A stretch of DNA of 64,000 nucleotides from an uncultured Clostridia bacterium (GTDB lineage: Bacteria > Bacillota > Clostridia > Christensenellales > Borkfalkiaceae), in assembly GCA_934254725.1 (NCBI GenBank), contig CAKQLR010000003.1, forward strand, positions 18,754-82,753. Reading direction: 5' to 3'. The position numbers were made by a program, and so were the translations under genes. Below, piece by piece: positions 20,182-30,679 of this stretch (position 1 is the first letter of the stretch; each line of letters starts with the position of its first letter). A model generated the notes under the pieces. The model had not been told where the DNA came from. It ran no database searches and saw nothing but the letters and a program-made list of their open reading frames with translations.

Positions 20182-20709
20182 TCAGTCTTTTTCGTAAATG
20201 CAAACGGAGTTATCCCCGTCCGTTTCGCATAAACGCACTATGATTTCCTCTTTCATGGAAGTGGGTACGTTCTTTCCCACGAAGTCCGCCCTGATAGGCA
20301 GTTCTCTGTGCCCTCTGTCCACAAGAACGGCAAGCCTTATGCTTTTTGCCCTGCCCGAAGCCATAACCGCCTCTATAGCCGCCCTCGTCGTTCTGCCTGT
20401 AAACAGAACATCGTCCACAAGAATAACGTCCTTGTTTTCGACGGGAAGCACTTCGCCCGTGTGATTCACCCGCACCTCGCTTGAAACGTCATCGCGAAAG
20501 TGGGTTATATCGAGTTCGTAAACTTTCAAATCGTAACCGGAAGAAGCCAGAATGTTTTCCCTTATCCTCTTAGCAAGCGGAACGCCGCGCGTTTTAATGC
20601 CGACAAGCAAGGCATTTTGCAAATCAACACGTTCCACAATTTCAAACGAAATTCTCGTCATTGCGCGTTTTACGGACAATTCGTCCAATATCTGAGCCTT
20701 AAATTTCAT
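20182..20709 (-). CDS. pyrR: Bifunctional pyrimidine operon regulator / uracil phosphoribosyltransferase PyrR
   Basis: 175 aa with the VILVDDVLFTGRT PRPP-binding motif and a typical PyrR N-terminus. Confidence 0.9.
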   Translation of the reverse strand: MKFKAQILDELSVKRAMTRISFEIVERVDLQNALLVGIKTRGVPLAKRIRENILASSGYDLKVYELDITHFRDDVSSEVRVNHTGEVLPVENKDVILVDDVLFTGRTTRAAIEAVMASGRAKSIRLAVLVDRGHRELPIRADFVGKNVPTSMKEEIIVRLCETDGDNSVCIYEKD

Positions 20710-20719
20710 ACAACCAAGA

Positions 20720-21712
20720 CTAATCCGCCTTCACTTCAAACGGCGAACGCTCTCCTTTTTCTTTACTTTCTATTCCGAGGAACACGCTCTCCACCATCTG
20801 AGAGACAGCCTGTTCTGTAAAAAACGCTATGTGCGGCGTATAAATTACGTTGGGGAATTGCTTGATGTAAAAGAGATTTTTCTTCTGCACGATTCTCGTT
20901 TTCATATCGACGTGACAGATGCCTTCCTCCCCTTCGATGGTATCGAGCCCCGCGCCGCCGACTTTTCCGCTTTCGAGCGCGTGAATGAGCGCTTCCGTAT
21001 CTATAAGCCTGCCCCTCGCGGTGTTTATAAGAATAACCCCTTCCTTCATTTTTGCGATGGCATCGCCGTCAATCATATGGTAGCTTTCATCCGTCATGGG
21101 AAGATGCAGAGTTATAACGTCCGCCCTTTTATAAATTTCTTCCAAAGAAACGTACTCGCCGTACTTCTTTGCATTTTCGTTTTCAAATAAATCGTAACAG
21201 ATAATTTTACAACCGAAGCCCGAAAGATTTTTCATAACCTTCTGCCCGATTTTTCCCGTGCCGATAACCCCGACCGTTAAAGAAGATAAATCCCTGCCCT
21301 CCAACTCGTCAAGCGAAAAATTGTTTACGAGGGCGCGTATCACAGTGACTTTTACGCTTCTTAAAAGCATAAGAATGAGCATTACTGTGTAATCCGCCAC
21401 GTTCGTGGAATTATAGCAGGCGTGAGCAACGGTAATCCCCGCCTCATTCGCGGCTTTCAAATCAATATGCTCGAAACCGACCGTACGGGTACAAAAATAC
21501 CTTACACCGTTCCTTTTGAGCGCTTTCATTATCTCCCCGTCCGCACGGCTGAAACCCAGCGTGGAAACGGCGTCGCACCCGGTGGAAAGCCCCACGTTTT
21601 CAAGAGATAAAAGTTCCTGAGTGTAACCGACGAGAGCATAACCGTATTCCGAAGCGTACTGCTCTATGTACTTGACTTCGTAATCCTTTACCTCATAAAA
21701 GAATATTTTCAT
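20720..21712 (-). CDS. D-isomer-specific 2-hydroxyacid dehydrogenase (D-lactate dehydrogenase-like)
   Basis: GVIGTGKIGQ NAD-binding motif, plus NTARG and HIAFFT catalytic-region motifs. Substrate cannot be determined from sequence alone. Confidence 0.8.
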   Translation of the reverse strand: MKIFFYEVKDYEVKYIEQYASEYGYALVGYTQELLSLENVGLSTGCDAVSTLGFSRADGEIMKALKRNGVRYFCTRTVGFEHIDLKAANEAGITVAHACYNSTNVADYTVMLILMLLRSVKVTVIRALVNNFSLDELEGRDLSSLTVGVIGTGKIGQKVMKNLSGFGCKIICYDLFENENAKKYGEYVSLEEIYKRADVITLHLPMTDESYHMIDGDAIAKMKEGVILINTARGRLIDTEALIHALESGKVGGAGLDTIEGEEGICHVDMKTRIVQKKNLFYIKQFPNVIYTPHIAFFTEQAVSQMVESVFLGIESKEKGERSPFEVKAD

Positions 21713-21760
21713 AGTCCTCTCCTTTTTCCGTCTGCCATATCGGAAACACTAATACAAAAA

Positions 21761-21784
21761 GCCCGTTTATCGCGCATTATCGGC
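21761..21784 (-). terminator. Hairpin flanked by A/T tracts downstream of argS (member of the CGCGC-loop family)
   Basis: AAAAA-GCCCGTTTAT-CGCGC-ATTATCGGC-TGTTTTT. The stem is imperfect. Confidence 0.45.
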
Positions 21785-21815
21785 TGTTTTTATTAAATAC
21801 CGAACTATGCTATTA

Positions 21816-23498
21816 TTACATTCTCTCCGGAACGCCTATGCCGAGGAGCTTTAAGCATACCGAAAGAGTGATATGTGTAGCCTTGGTCAACGCCAGGCGG
21901 AAGTTCTTTACGTTTTCTTCCTCGCCGAGAATTTTGCAATCGAAATAGAATTTATTGTACAGCTGAGCCAAATCCACGGCATAGCGTGTTATAAAAGACG
22001 GCTCGTACTTTTCAAGCGAGGACGAAAGCGTTTCGTTCAGCTTGGAGATATGCGAAGCTAAATCGTACTCGCATTTATTCATATCTTTAATTTCGTAGTT
22101 GCCGATTTCTCCGCCCTTTGCAAGAACGCTGAAACATCTTGCGGCGGTGTACTGAACGTACGGACCCGTTTCGCCGTCGAAGTTAAGCACCTTGTCGTAG
22201 CTGAAAACGGTGTCCTTAATTCTTCCGCTCGAAAGCGCGCCGAACACTACCGCGCCCGTACCTACCTGCTCGGCAATTTTTTCCTTTCCGGGCAACTCGG
22301 GATTCTTTTCCGTTATGATGGCAAGGCATTTTTCAACGGCTCTGTTAAGGACGTCCTCAAGGAACACAACCTTGCCGTGGCGGGTACTCATAGCGCCGTC
22401 CTCCATAGAAACCATGCCGAACGCTACGTGAACGCAATCCTTTGCCCATTCCTTGCCCATAAGTTCGAGCACCTTGAAAAATTGCTTGAAATGCAAATTC
22501 TGCTGGTAAGCTACAACATACAAACTCTTGGCGAAGTCATACGTATTCTTTCTGTAAATAGCGGCTGCGAGATCGCGCGTGGCATAAAGCGACGCCCCGT
22601 CCGAACGCAATATAATACACGGGGGCATATTGTATTCACTGAGGTCCACGATTTCCGCACCCTCGCTCTTCTTTAAAAGACCTTTTTCTCTCAGCTCGTC
22701 AACGACGGGTTGCATTTTGTCGTTATAGAAACTTTCGCCCGCGTAAGAATCAAAGCTGACGTTAAGTCTGTCGTAAATCTTTCCGACCTCTTTAAGCGTA
22801 AGCGCCTTAAAGAACTCGAAAAGCTCGTTGGCTTCTTTATCTCCCTGTTCTATTTTTTTGAATTCATGGCGAGCGGCTTCGTCAAGCGCAGGGTTCTTCT
22901 CCGCTTCCTCGTGGAAACGAACGTAAAGACGCATAAGCTCCCTTACGCCGCCTTGCTCTACGGTCTTTCTGTCACCCCAGGTGTTGAATGCAACTATCAG
23001 TTTGCCGAACTGAGTGCCGTAATCGCCGAGGTGATTTATACCCACGGCATTGTAGCCGAGGAATTTATACGTTCTGTAAAGTGCTGCGCCTATAACCGTG
23101 GTCGAAAGGTGCCCGATATGAAAGGGCTTGGCTATGTTTACGGACGAATAGTCTATACAAATAGTTTTCCCCTTACCCTCGTCGGACGAGCCGTATTTTT
23201 CACCCGCGGACAAAACGTTTGAAAGCACGTCCCTTACAAACGTTTTTCTGTTTACCCTGAAATTAAGGTAACCCGAAGCCACGTTTACTTCCTCTATAAA
23301 CTCGTCGGGCGCAAATTCCCCTTTAAGTTTTTCGGTAATCGCCACGGGCGACATATGCATCGCCTTGGCAAAACGGAAGCACGGCAGGGCGTAATCGCCA
23401 AGCTCGGTATTCGGAGGTAGGCATATAAATGAGCAAATTTCCTCGCTTGTAAAGCCTTCTACCTTAAGTTTAGTTGCTATGTGTTTTTTGTAATCCAT
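21816..23498 (-). CDS. argS: Arginine--tRNA ligase
   Basis: 560 aa with the class I HIGH-type motif (PFHIGHL), an MSTRHG KMSKS-like motif and an ArgRS-type N-terminal domain. Confidence 0.95.
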   Translation of the reverse strand: MDYKKHIATKLKVEGFTSEEICSFICLPPNTELGDYALPCFRFAKAMHMSPVAITEKLKGEFAPDEFIEEVNVASGYLNFRVNRKTFVRDVLSNVLSAGEKYGSSDEGKGKTICIDYSSVNIAKPFHIGHLSTTVIGAALYRTYKFLGYNAVGINHLGDYGTQFGKLIVAFNTWGDRKTVEQGGVRELMRLYVRFHEEAEKNPALDEAARHEFKKIEQGDKEANELFEFFKALTLKEVGKIYDRLNVSFDSYAGESFYNDKMQPVVDELREKGLLKKSEGAEIVDLSEYNMPPCIILRSDGASLYATRDLAAAIYRKNTYDFAKSLYVVAYQQNLHFKQFFKVLELMGKEWAKDCVHVAFGMVSMEDGAMSTRHGKVVFLEDVLNRAVEKCLAIITEKNPELPGKEKIAEQVGTGAVVFGALSSGRIKDTVFSYDKVLNFDGETGPYVQYTAARCFSVLAKGGEIGNYEIKDMNKCEYDLASHISKLNETLSSSLEKYEPSFITRYAVDLAQLYNKFYFDCKILGEEENVKNFRLALTKATHITLSVCLKLLGIGVPERM

Positions 23499-23719
23499 AT
23501 TTATACACCTTTGTCCGCTGTACTATATACTAATATACTAAATTATATACTCAAATATATTAACACATTTTTTTGCGTTTAGCAACTTTTTAGATAGAAT
23601 TTTTTTAGTCGAAGAATTGAAATTCCGTTATATAAAAACAGCGTGTGAGAAAAGTTTTTCACAATTCCCGCACGCCGTATATACTAAAAAAATCCGTTAC
23701 CCGCCTTTTTCGCACATTA

Positions 23720-24676
23720 TCACATATTTTTCGGATTATTTCTTTCAAACTCCACAAGCTTTTTCGAAGCAATCACGCCCAAAACAAACAGAACTGCGCC
23801 GAGGATAATCTCCCACCACGAAGCGGAGCCCGCCCCCCAGGAAAGATACACTTCGTATATTTCGGGGTTGAAAAACATAGTCAACGCCGCGCCTACCGAA
23901 AGCCCGGTTATAAAGAAATACGCCCCGCCCTCATAGTTCTTCAAAAGGCTTGTCATAACCGAAGAAAAGGTCAAAAGCCCGATAACAAACCCGACTACAA
24001 GGCACACGAATACCATAAGCAACGGTAAATTACTCAAAAGCCCGAAGCTTACCGAATTCATAAGCGGGGTAAACAGCCCGAGCGCCATAAGCAGAGCCGT
24101 CGCGCTGAGCCCGGGCACTATCTGCGTTATCGCAACGGCGTACCCGAGAATTATAAACAATAAATAATGATACGCGCTAAGGTTTTCGAGAGAACGTTCG
24201 TAAGAATCGAAAAATACAGAGAATACCGAAATTCCTATAGGTAAAATCACGCCCGCCGCAAGCAGAACAAAGCGCAACGGCGTTCTCTCTTTTTCCTTTA
24301 TTTTGTCCGTTATTACGGGCAGTGCGCCAATCATAAGCCCCGCAAACAGAGCTACAACCGCAAACGGAATTACATTCATAAGTTTCCTTACGCCGAAAAA
24401 TCCGCCGGCTATTCCGATAACCCCGCCTATTATCACGGGCAACAAAAACAAAAAGCATTTTTTAAATTTTTTAAAAAGGTTGCCCATGGCGAAAAGAAGC
24501 TTTTCGTACAAGCCGAAAATAATAGAAACCGCCGCGCCGCTGACGCCCGGCACTATTATGGCAAGTCCTATAAAAAAGCCGAGAATCCCGCCCTTAAAAA
24601 CATCGGATTTACTCCGATATCCGAGCGAAAGCTCTCCCTCGGTTACTTTTTCGGCGTTGGTTTTTTCTTTTTCCAT
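23720..24676 (-). CDS. DUF368 family membrane protein (putative polyprenyl-phosphate transporter family)
   Basis: Duplicated PGVSGA and PGLSAT motifs in a polytopic ~320 aa protein. Confidence 0.75.
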   Translation of the reverse strand: MEKEKTNAEKVTEGELSLGYRSKSDVFKGGILGFFIGLAIIVPGVSGAAVSIIFGLYEKLLFAMGNLFKKFKKCFLFLLPVIIGGVIGIAGGFFGVRKLMNVIPFAVVALFAGLMIGALPVITDKIKEKERTPLRFVLLAAGVILPIGISVFSVFFDSYERSLENLSAYHYLLFIILGYAVAITQIVPGLSATALLMALGLFTPLMNSVSFGLLSNLPLLMVFVCLVVGFVIGLLTFSSVMTSLLKNYEGGAYFFITGLSVGAALTMFFNPEIYEVYLSWGAGSASWWEIILGAVLFVLGVIASKKLVEFERNNPKNM

Positions 24677-25127
24677 AACTTTCTCCGTCGGTTTTATCTA
24701 CAAATATTTATCGTCTTACTCCGCACTGTTTATTCTTCAAGAATAACTTTAAAACAAAAAGCGGCGTTTATCGCGCAAAAACGGCGTATTTTTCTTTTTA
24801 TTCCGAAAGGCGGCATCCTTCCTCTAAGGCTCAAAAACGTTTAAGTTACTTAGCCGAGCGGAAAATAAACCACCTAGGAATTTAAATGAGGCTTTTTTTA
24901 ATCGTAACCGCTTCGTTACAAAATCAATATATTCCTTTAAAGCGGCCGTAATAACAAAACTTTAAATTTTACGCTTTTATTTTATCACTGCATAGTTTTT
25001 TGTCAAGCAAATGAGCCTTTATCTCAAGTCTTTTGTTTTTTACTTGACTATTTATGCCGATAGTAGTAAAATTAACCGTGCAAGAATTTAAGATATAAAA
25101 TATCTTTTCGGAATAAAAGAGAATCTT

Positions 25128-26237
25128 ATGGATAAAATCATAAAACTGACCCCGGCGATAAAAGATTACGTCTGGGGTGGAGAAAAGCTTAAAAAGTACG
25201 GCAAAACGGCGGATACTAATATCGCCGAAACTTGGGAACTTTCTTTTCATAAAGACGGCCTGTGTCTGTGCGAGGACGGCACTCCCTTGCGCGACGCGGT
25301 AACCGCTGCGGATCTCGGCGAAAACGTTAAGGATTTTCCCTTCTTCCCTATGCTCATTAAGCTGATAGACGCCAAGGACAATCTTTCGGTGCAGGTTCAC
25401 CCGTCCGACGAATACGCCCTTAAAAACGAAGGACAGTTCGGCAAAACCGAAATGTGGTACGTTGTAGAGGCGGACGAGGGCGCGGGGCTTTACCTCGGCT
25501 TAAAAAAGGACGTGACGAAAGAAGAATTTGCCGCTTCCATAGAAAACAACACAGTGCTTTCCCTTTTAAACTTCGTCAAAGTGAAAAAAGGCGACCATTA
25601 CTTTATCAAGTCCGGAACCATTCACGCCATAGGCAAGGGCTGCACGATATGCGAAATACAGCAAAACAGCAACCTGACATACCGCGTTTACGACTACGAC
25701 AGACGTGATAAAAACGGCAACCCCAGAGAGCTTCACGTGGAAAAGGCAAAATTAGTAGCAGATCTCCACGGCAAGAAACCCGTCTCCGTAGATATAGAAG
25801 AACCCGGTTGCCGCCTTATCGGTTGCAGCAAATATTTCACCGTAAGGTATGCCGAAGTGAACGGTAACGCAACGTTCGATGCAACCGCTCAAAGCTTTTT
25901 CGCCGTAACGGTGGTTGCGGGCAATTGCGATATAGAAGGCAGAACGGCAAGCGCGGGCGATACGTTCTTCGTCCCCGCAGGCTACGGAAGATTCACGTTG
26001 AGCGGCAATGCGGAAGTTATTCTTTCCGACGTAGAAAAATACTTTGCGACCGTCACCCGCGACGATATTTCCGTTAAAGCCGAAGTGGTTTCTTCAAACG
26101 GCAACGTTATAGCCGTAGGAATGAAGCGCATAGAAAATGAAAATCCGGAAGAAGAGAAAAGCAGACTTCTTGAAAAAATCCTTCTTTTCCTCGGTATGGA
26201 TACAAGCGATTTATCCGGAATAAAATCAGATTTTTAA
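25128..26237 (+). CDS. manA: Mannose-6-phosphate isomerase, class I
   Basis: YVWGG, QVHPSD, EMWYV and IHAIG motifs. It carries a ~55 aa C-terminal extension relative to a typical ~315 aa enzyme. Confidence 0.85.
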   Translation: MDKIIKLTPAIKDYVWGGEKLKKYGKTADTNIAETWELSFHKDGLCLCEDGTPLRDAVTAADLGENVKDFPFFPMLIKLIDAKDNLSVQVHPSDEYALKNEGQFGKTEMWYVVEADEGAGLYLGLKKDVTKEEFAASIENNTVLSLLNFVKVKKGDHYFIKSGTIHAIGKGCTICEIQQNSNLTYRVYDYDRRDKNGNPRELHVEKAKLVADLHGKKPVSVDIEEPGCRLIGCSKYFTVRYAEVNGNATFDATAQSFFAVTVVAGNCDIEGRTASAGDTFFVPAGYGRFTLSGNAEVILSDVEKYFATVTRDDISVKAEVVSSNGNVIAVGMKRIENENPEEEKSRLLEKILLFLGMDTSDLSGIKSDF

Positions 26238-26246
26238 AACATAAAA

Positions 26247-26273
26247 ACGCCCTATATCAAACATAAACGGCGT
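26247..26273 (+). terminator. Intrinsic terminator after manA (CAAAC-loop variant of the hairpin family)
   Basis: ACGCCCTATAT-CAAAC-ATAAACGGCGT followed by ATTTTAT. Confidence 0.55.
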
Positions 26274-26300
26274 ATTTTATAAATATTCAGGAGTAAAAAC

Positions 26301-27116
26301 ATGAGCGAAAACTGCACACACGATTGCTCTACCTGCAGCGAAAATTGTTCGGAAGCGAACGCTATTCCGAAGGAAAAACTGAACGAGCTTTCTTCCGTAA
26401 AAAAAGTAATTGCGGTAGTAAGCGGCAAAGGCGGAGTAGGTAAATCTTCTATAACGGCTATGCTTGCCGTACTCGCAAGAAGAAAAGGCTTTGAAACGGC
26501 TGTGCTCGACGCGGACATCACAGGTCCTTCCATTCCTAAAATGTTCGGGCTTACGGAAAAGGCGGAAGGCTCCGAAACGGGAATTTTCCCCGTAAGAACC
26601 AAGACGGGCATCAAAACCATGTCTTTAAACCTTCTTCTCGAAAACGACACAGACCCGGTTGTCTGGCGCGGTCCGGTCATTGCCGGTTGCGTAAAGCAAT
26701 TCTGGACGGACGTCATCTGGGACAAAGTGGATTATATGTTCGTGGATATGCCCCCGGGAACGGGCGACGTTCCGCTGACGGTATTCCAGTCCCTGCCCGT
26801 TGACGGAATAATCATCGTAACCACCCCGCAGGAGCTTGTTTCGATGATAGTGGAAAAAGCCGTTAAAATGGCGGAACTTATGAACATCCCCGTCCTCGGC
26901 ATTGTTGAAAATATGGCGTACTTCAAGTGCGATCAATGCGGCAAAAAACACTATATTTACGGCAAGGGCGACGTTAAAAAAGTCGCCGAAGAACACAATA
27001 TAAAACTGACGGCGGAGCTTCCCGTAAACCCCGCGCTCACCTCTCTTTGCGACAAGGGGCTTATCGAACTGTTTGAAGAAACGGCGCTCGACGAGCTTTC
27101 GGACGGCATAGAGTAA
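26301..27116 (+). CDS. Mrp/NBP35 (ApbC) family Fe-S cluster carrier ATPase
   Basis: Deviant Walker A SGKGGVGKS, an N-terminal Cys-rich CTHDCSTCSENC segment and a CxxC (CDQC) motif. Confidence 0.9.
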   Translation: MSENCTHDCSTCSENCSEANAIPKEKLNELSSVKKVIAVVSGKGGVGKSSITAMLAVLARRKGFETAVLDADITGPSIPKMFGLTEKAEGSETGIFPVRTKTGIKTMSLNLLLENDTDPVVWRGPVIAGCVKQFWTDVIWDKVDYMFVDMPPGTGDVPLTVFQSLPVDGIIIVTTPQELVSMIVEKAVKMAELMNIPVLGIVENMAYFKCDQCGKKHYIYGKGDVKKVAEEHNIKLTAELPVNPALTSLCDKGLIELFEETALDELSDGIE

Positions 27117-28238
<1,122 letters not shown>

Positions 28239-28323
28239 TTAAAATTTCAGATGATTTTTTAATTGATTTTACGGGTCGTTTTTATAAAAGTGCGCTAAAT
28301 CGCACAAAAACGGCTTGTTTTAT

Positions 28324-28400
28324 GTACCCGTAGTGTAACTGGATAACATTATGGCCTCCGACGCCATCGAGTTCGGGTTCGAGCCCCGACGGGTACACCA
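28324..28400 (+). tRNA. tRNA-Arg (anticodon CCG)
   Basis: Folded by hand. Acceptor GTACCCG/CGGGTAC; anticodon stem ATGGC/GCCAT with loop CT-CCG-AC; T arm TCGGG-TTCGAGC-CCCGA; discriminator A and an encoded CCA. Confidence 0.9.
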
Positions 28401-28437
28401 ATTTTCGAGGACTTCGCTTTTTTGTCCAAATAAAAAC

Positions 28438-28466
28438 AGACAGGTTTTTATCCCTGTCTTTTTTTA
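28438..28466. terminator. Bidirectional intrinsic terminator
   Basis: AGACAGG-TTTTTATC-CCTGTCT followed by T7 and preceded by an A-tract. It lies between the tRNA (+) and the convergent membrane protein gene (-). Confidence 0.7.
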
Positions 28467-28541
28467 TTTCTCCTTTTTTGCTTGTCCTCTCTTCATTTCC
28501 CCGTCGCATTTACGAAATAATGTAGCGCGCCCTATCGGAAA

Positions 28542-29243
28542 TCACATGGCTTTTCGCGTGTTTCGGGCTTCAACAGCCTCATAACATCCGTGATATTTGT
28601 TGTTTAACTTTATAAACAACCTCACAGCAAAGCGGAACGCGGTTACAAGCAACGCGTAATATACGGCAATTAAAATTGCGTTCAGTGACATATTTCGGAA
28701 TAAAAACAAAAACTCCGGTTTGATTATGTAGTATATAAATGTTATACCGCGCATTTCCATATCGTAGAACACCAAAGCCCAACTCAGCATGGCAAAAATC
28801 GTTACCCATATTTTTAGCCTGTCTGTTTTGTTTAATGCGTTCGTTCTGAATAAATGAATTCCCGCAACAAACAGAAACCCGTGACTAAAACAGCTGATTA
28901 AAACCTCTTTTAAGGTAAAACTGTTTGCGACCGTGAATCCGAATAAAGAATAAAACGTAAAATAACCCAAGCCTGCCATTATTCCGTAAAACGCGCCTAC
29001 GCCGTAAAGAGATTTTATTTTAAAGACCAAAATAACGCACATCAAAAAGTATGTTACGGAGCTTATTTCTACGGGGATAGCTAAATACCCCCTTACGTTC
29101 TGCATAACGTAATAAACAAGTTTGTACACAAACACCACTATGCTTAAAATCCTTAAAATAAGTTCGTTTCTCTTCGTTTTTTCGAGAAAATGACTTAATA
29201 AAAACATAACTGCAAAACTGCAAGCGCTTACTAAATTGAACAT
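28542..29243 (-). CDS. Integral membrane protein (YwaF/TIGR02206-like, uncertain)
   Basis: 233 aa with ~7 TM segments. The IPVEISS motif resembles the LPLxLC motif of that family. The assignment is weak. Confidence 0.5.
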   Translation of the reverse strand: MFNLVSACSFAVMFLLSHFLEKTKRNELILRILSIVVFVYKLVYYVMQNVRGYLAIPVEISSVTYFLMCVILVFKIKSLYGVGAFYGIMAGLGYFTFYSLFGFTVANSFTLKEVLISCFSHGFLFVAGIHLFRTNALNKTDRLKIWVTIFAMLSWALVFYDMEMRGITFIYYIIKPEFLFLFRNMSLNAILIAVYYALLVTAFRFAVRLFIKLNNKYHGCYEAVEARNTRKAM

Positions 29244-29422
29244 TTTTTCTCTCCTTTGTCAAAAAAAACTATTATGTCTTATAGACTATTAAATATTATA
29301 TAGTAGTCTGTTAAAAAAATATATCGCCCTCAGGCAACATATTTTTAAATATCAAAGCAAAAATTCGGTTTTATATAATATATTGAAGTAATTTCGTATG
29401 TTTTGCAAACTTGCTTTACTTC

Positions 29423-30124
29423 TTACATAAACCAGTTCCACACGTGCCAGGGTTCAAAAGAGCCTGCAGCAATACACATGGAAGCATACCCGATTATAAA
29501 TGCGGCTAAGAAGCAAACAAGCCCTATAATCGCAACTAATTTCAATTTGAATGCAGTCTTTTTGGAAATCGCGGGGTGCATGGAAATCGACGGATAAGCT
29601 CTGTCGTTTGCCGTATTTTTACACCATCTTACATAGACCTTTCCCCACTGTTTTGCGTACATAAACAAGTAAAACGTTCCGATTGCGGAAAGCACCGAAA
29701 GACCGATGCAGGCAATACCTAAAAGTAACGCAGGGAAATACGGGATATACGGAATAAGCTCTGCGATATTAACGGTTGTAATCAGGCAGCCGCCGGTAAC
29801 GAGACACGCGACTGAAAAACCGCCGAGCGCAATAACCGACGCCCATATCAACACATACACCATCGCAGCGGGAACAGACAAAAACACCAGACCGGTAACT
29901 TTAACGCCTTTCTTTAATTTATTTTCGGGTTCGGCTTTCGGCAAATATTCTTTTGCTATTTCCTTCGGCGAAGAAAGTTTCTTTACAATTTCTTCTTCCG
30001 TCAACCCCTCCTCGAGTTTAAATTCAAAATGACCTTCGAATTCCGAAATAATATCGTCTATTTCGTCAACATTGTTTAACTTAAGCTCTTTTCTTAATTC
30101 GTCAAGATATTCTTGCTTTGTCAT
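29423..30124 (-). CDS. DUF1700 domain membrane protein (PadR-associated)
   Basis: The N-terminus MTKQEYLDELRKELK...EEIVKKLSSPKEIAKEY is typical of DUF1700. The C-terminal part is multi-TM. It lies 1 nt downstream of padR. Confidence 0.75.
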   Translation of the reverse strand: MTKQEYLDELRKELKLNNVDEIDDIISEFEGHFEFKLEEGLTEEEIVKKLSSPKEIAKEYLPKAEPENKLKKGVKVTGLVFLSVPAAMVYVLIWASVIALGGFSVACLVTGGCLITTVNIAELIPYIPYFPALLLGIACIGLSVLSAIGTFYLFMYAKQWGKVYVRWCKNTANDRAYPSISMHPAISKKTAFKLKLVAIIGLVCFLAAFIIGYASMCIAAGSFEPWHVWNWFM

Positions 30125-30125
30125 A

Positions 30126-30440
30126 TTATTTTTCTCCTTGTATTATTTTATTTACGATTGCCGTAAAACTCAGCCACTCTGCCGAGTCGTTTTCGAATTC
30201 TTCTTTCCCGAGTTGCGTTAACGAATAATATTTTCTCGGCGGTCCGCCGCTGTCCTCGGATAAATACGTTTTAACAAGCCCGTCGGCTTTTAATTTTCTT
30301 AAAATCGGGTACACCGTGCCGTCCGATATATCTATCTGATTTGAAATATATTCGGAAAGTTCGTATCCGTACATATCCTTTTTACTGAGTATTGCCAGAA
30401 TACACAGTTCGATAACGCCTTTTTTATATTGAATATTCAC
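30126..30440 (-). CDS. PadR family transcriptional regulator
   Basis: 104 aa with LCILAIL...MYGYEL...GTVYPILRKLKADGLV, the PadR wHTH signature. It uses a GTG start with AAGGTGG upstream. Confidence 0.9.
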   Translation of the reverse strand: MNIQYKKGVIELCILAILSKKDMYGYELSEYISNQIDISDGTVYPILRKLKADGLVKTYLSEDSGGPPRKYYSLTQLGKEEFENDSAEWLSFTAIVNKIIQGEK

Positions 30441-30475
30441 TCTATCGCCACCTTTTTTATTTTGTTTACTACTAT

Positions 30476-30506
30476 ATATTATTCAATAGTTGACGGTTTG
30501 TCAACT
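30476..30506 (-). promoter_or_regulatory. padR promoter with an overlapping perfect palindrome (candidate PadR operator)
   Basis: On the minus strand: TTGACA (30504-30499), 17 nt, TAATAT (30481-30476). The palindrome AGTTGAC-N5-GTCAACT at 30488-30506 covers the -35 box and spacer. Confidence 0.6.
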
Positions 30507-30591
30507 GTTTTTATCAAAAAAATAAAAAAAGTTTAAAAATTTTGAATTCAAGCCTGTACAGCTTCGGATTTTTAGCTCATTATAACAACAA

Positions 30592-30618
30592 AAGCAGCCA
30601 CATTCAATGTGACTGCTT
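30592..30618 (-). terminator. Intrinsic terminator ending the locus A operon
   Basis: AGCAGCCACAT-TCA-ATGTGACTGCT with one mismatch, followed on the minus strand by TTTTGTTGTT. It lies 60 nt downstream of the 761-aa gene stop. Confidence 0.65.
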
Positions 30619-30679
30619 TTATAAAAAACGCATCAAGCGCTTTCTGTGAAAAACGAATTATTATATCGTTTAAAGCTTT

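Noticed and set aside
23499-23719. Possible T-box leader upstream of argS.
   Set aside because: There is no T-box consensus (AANNNGGGTGGTACCGCG or its complement) and no specifier-loop or terminator-antiterminator architecture. The region is simply AT-rich, with TATACT-like repeats.
24969-25400. 143-aa minus-strand ORF spanning the manA start and the AT-rich intergenic region. More generally, the 450-bp gene-free region 24677-25127 as a possible sRNA or riboswitch locus.
   Set aside because: The ORF overlaps the well-supported manA N-terminus and has no motifs. I could not fold or recognise any known RNA family there. The motif copy at 24761-24787 lacks a convincing stem, so I make no RNA gene claim.
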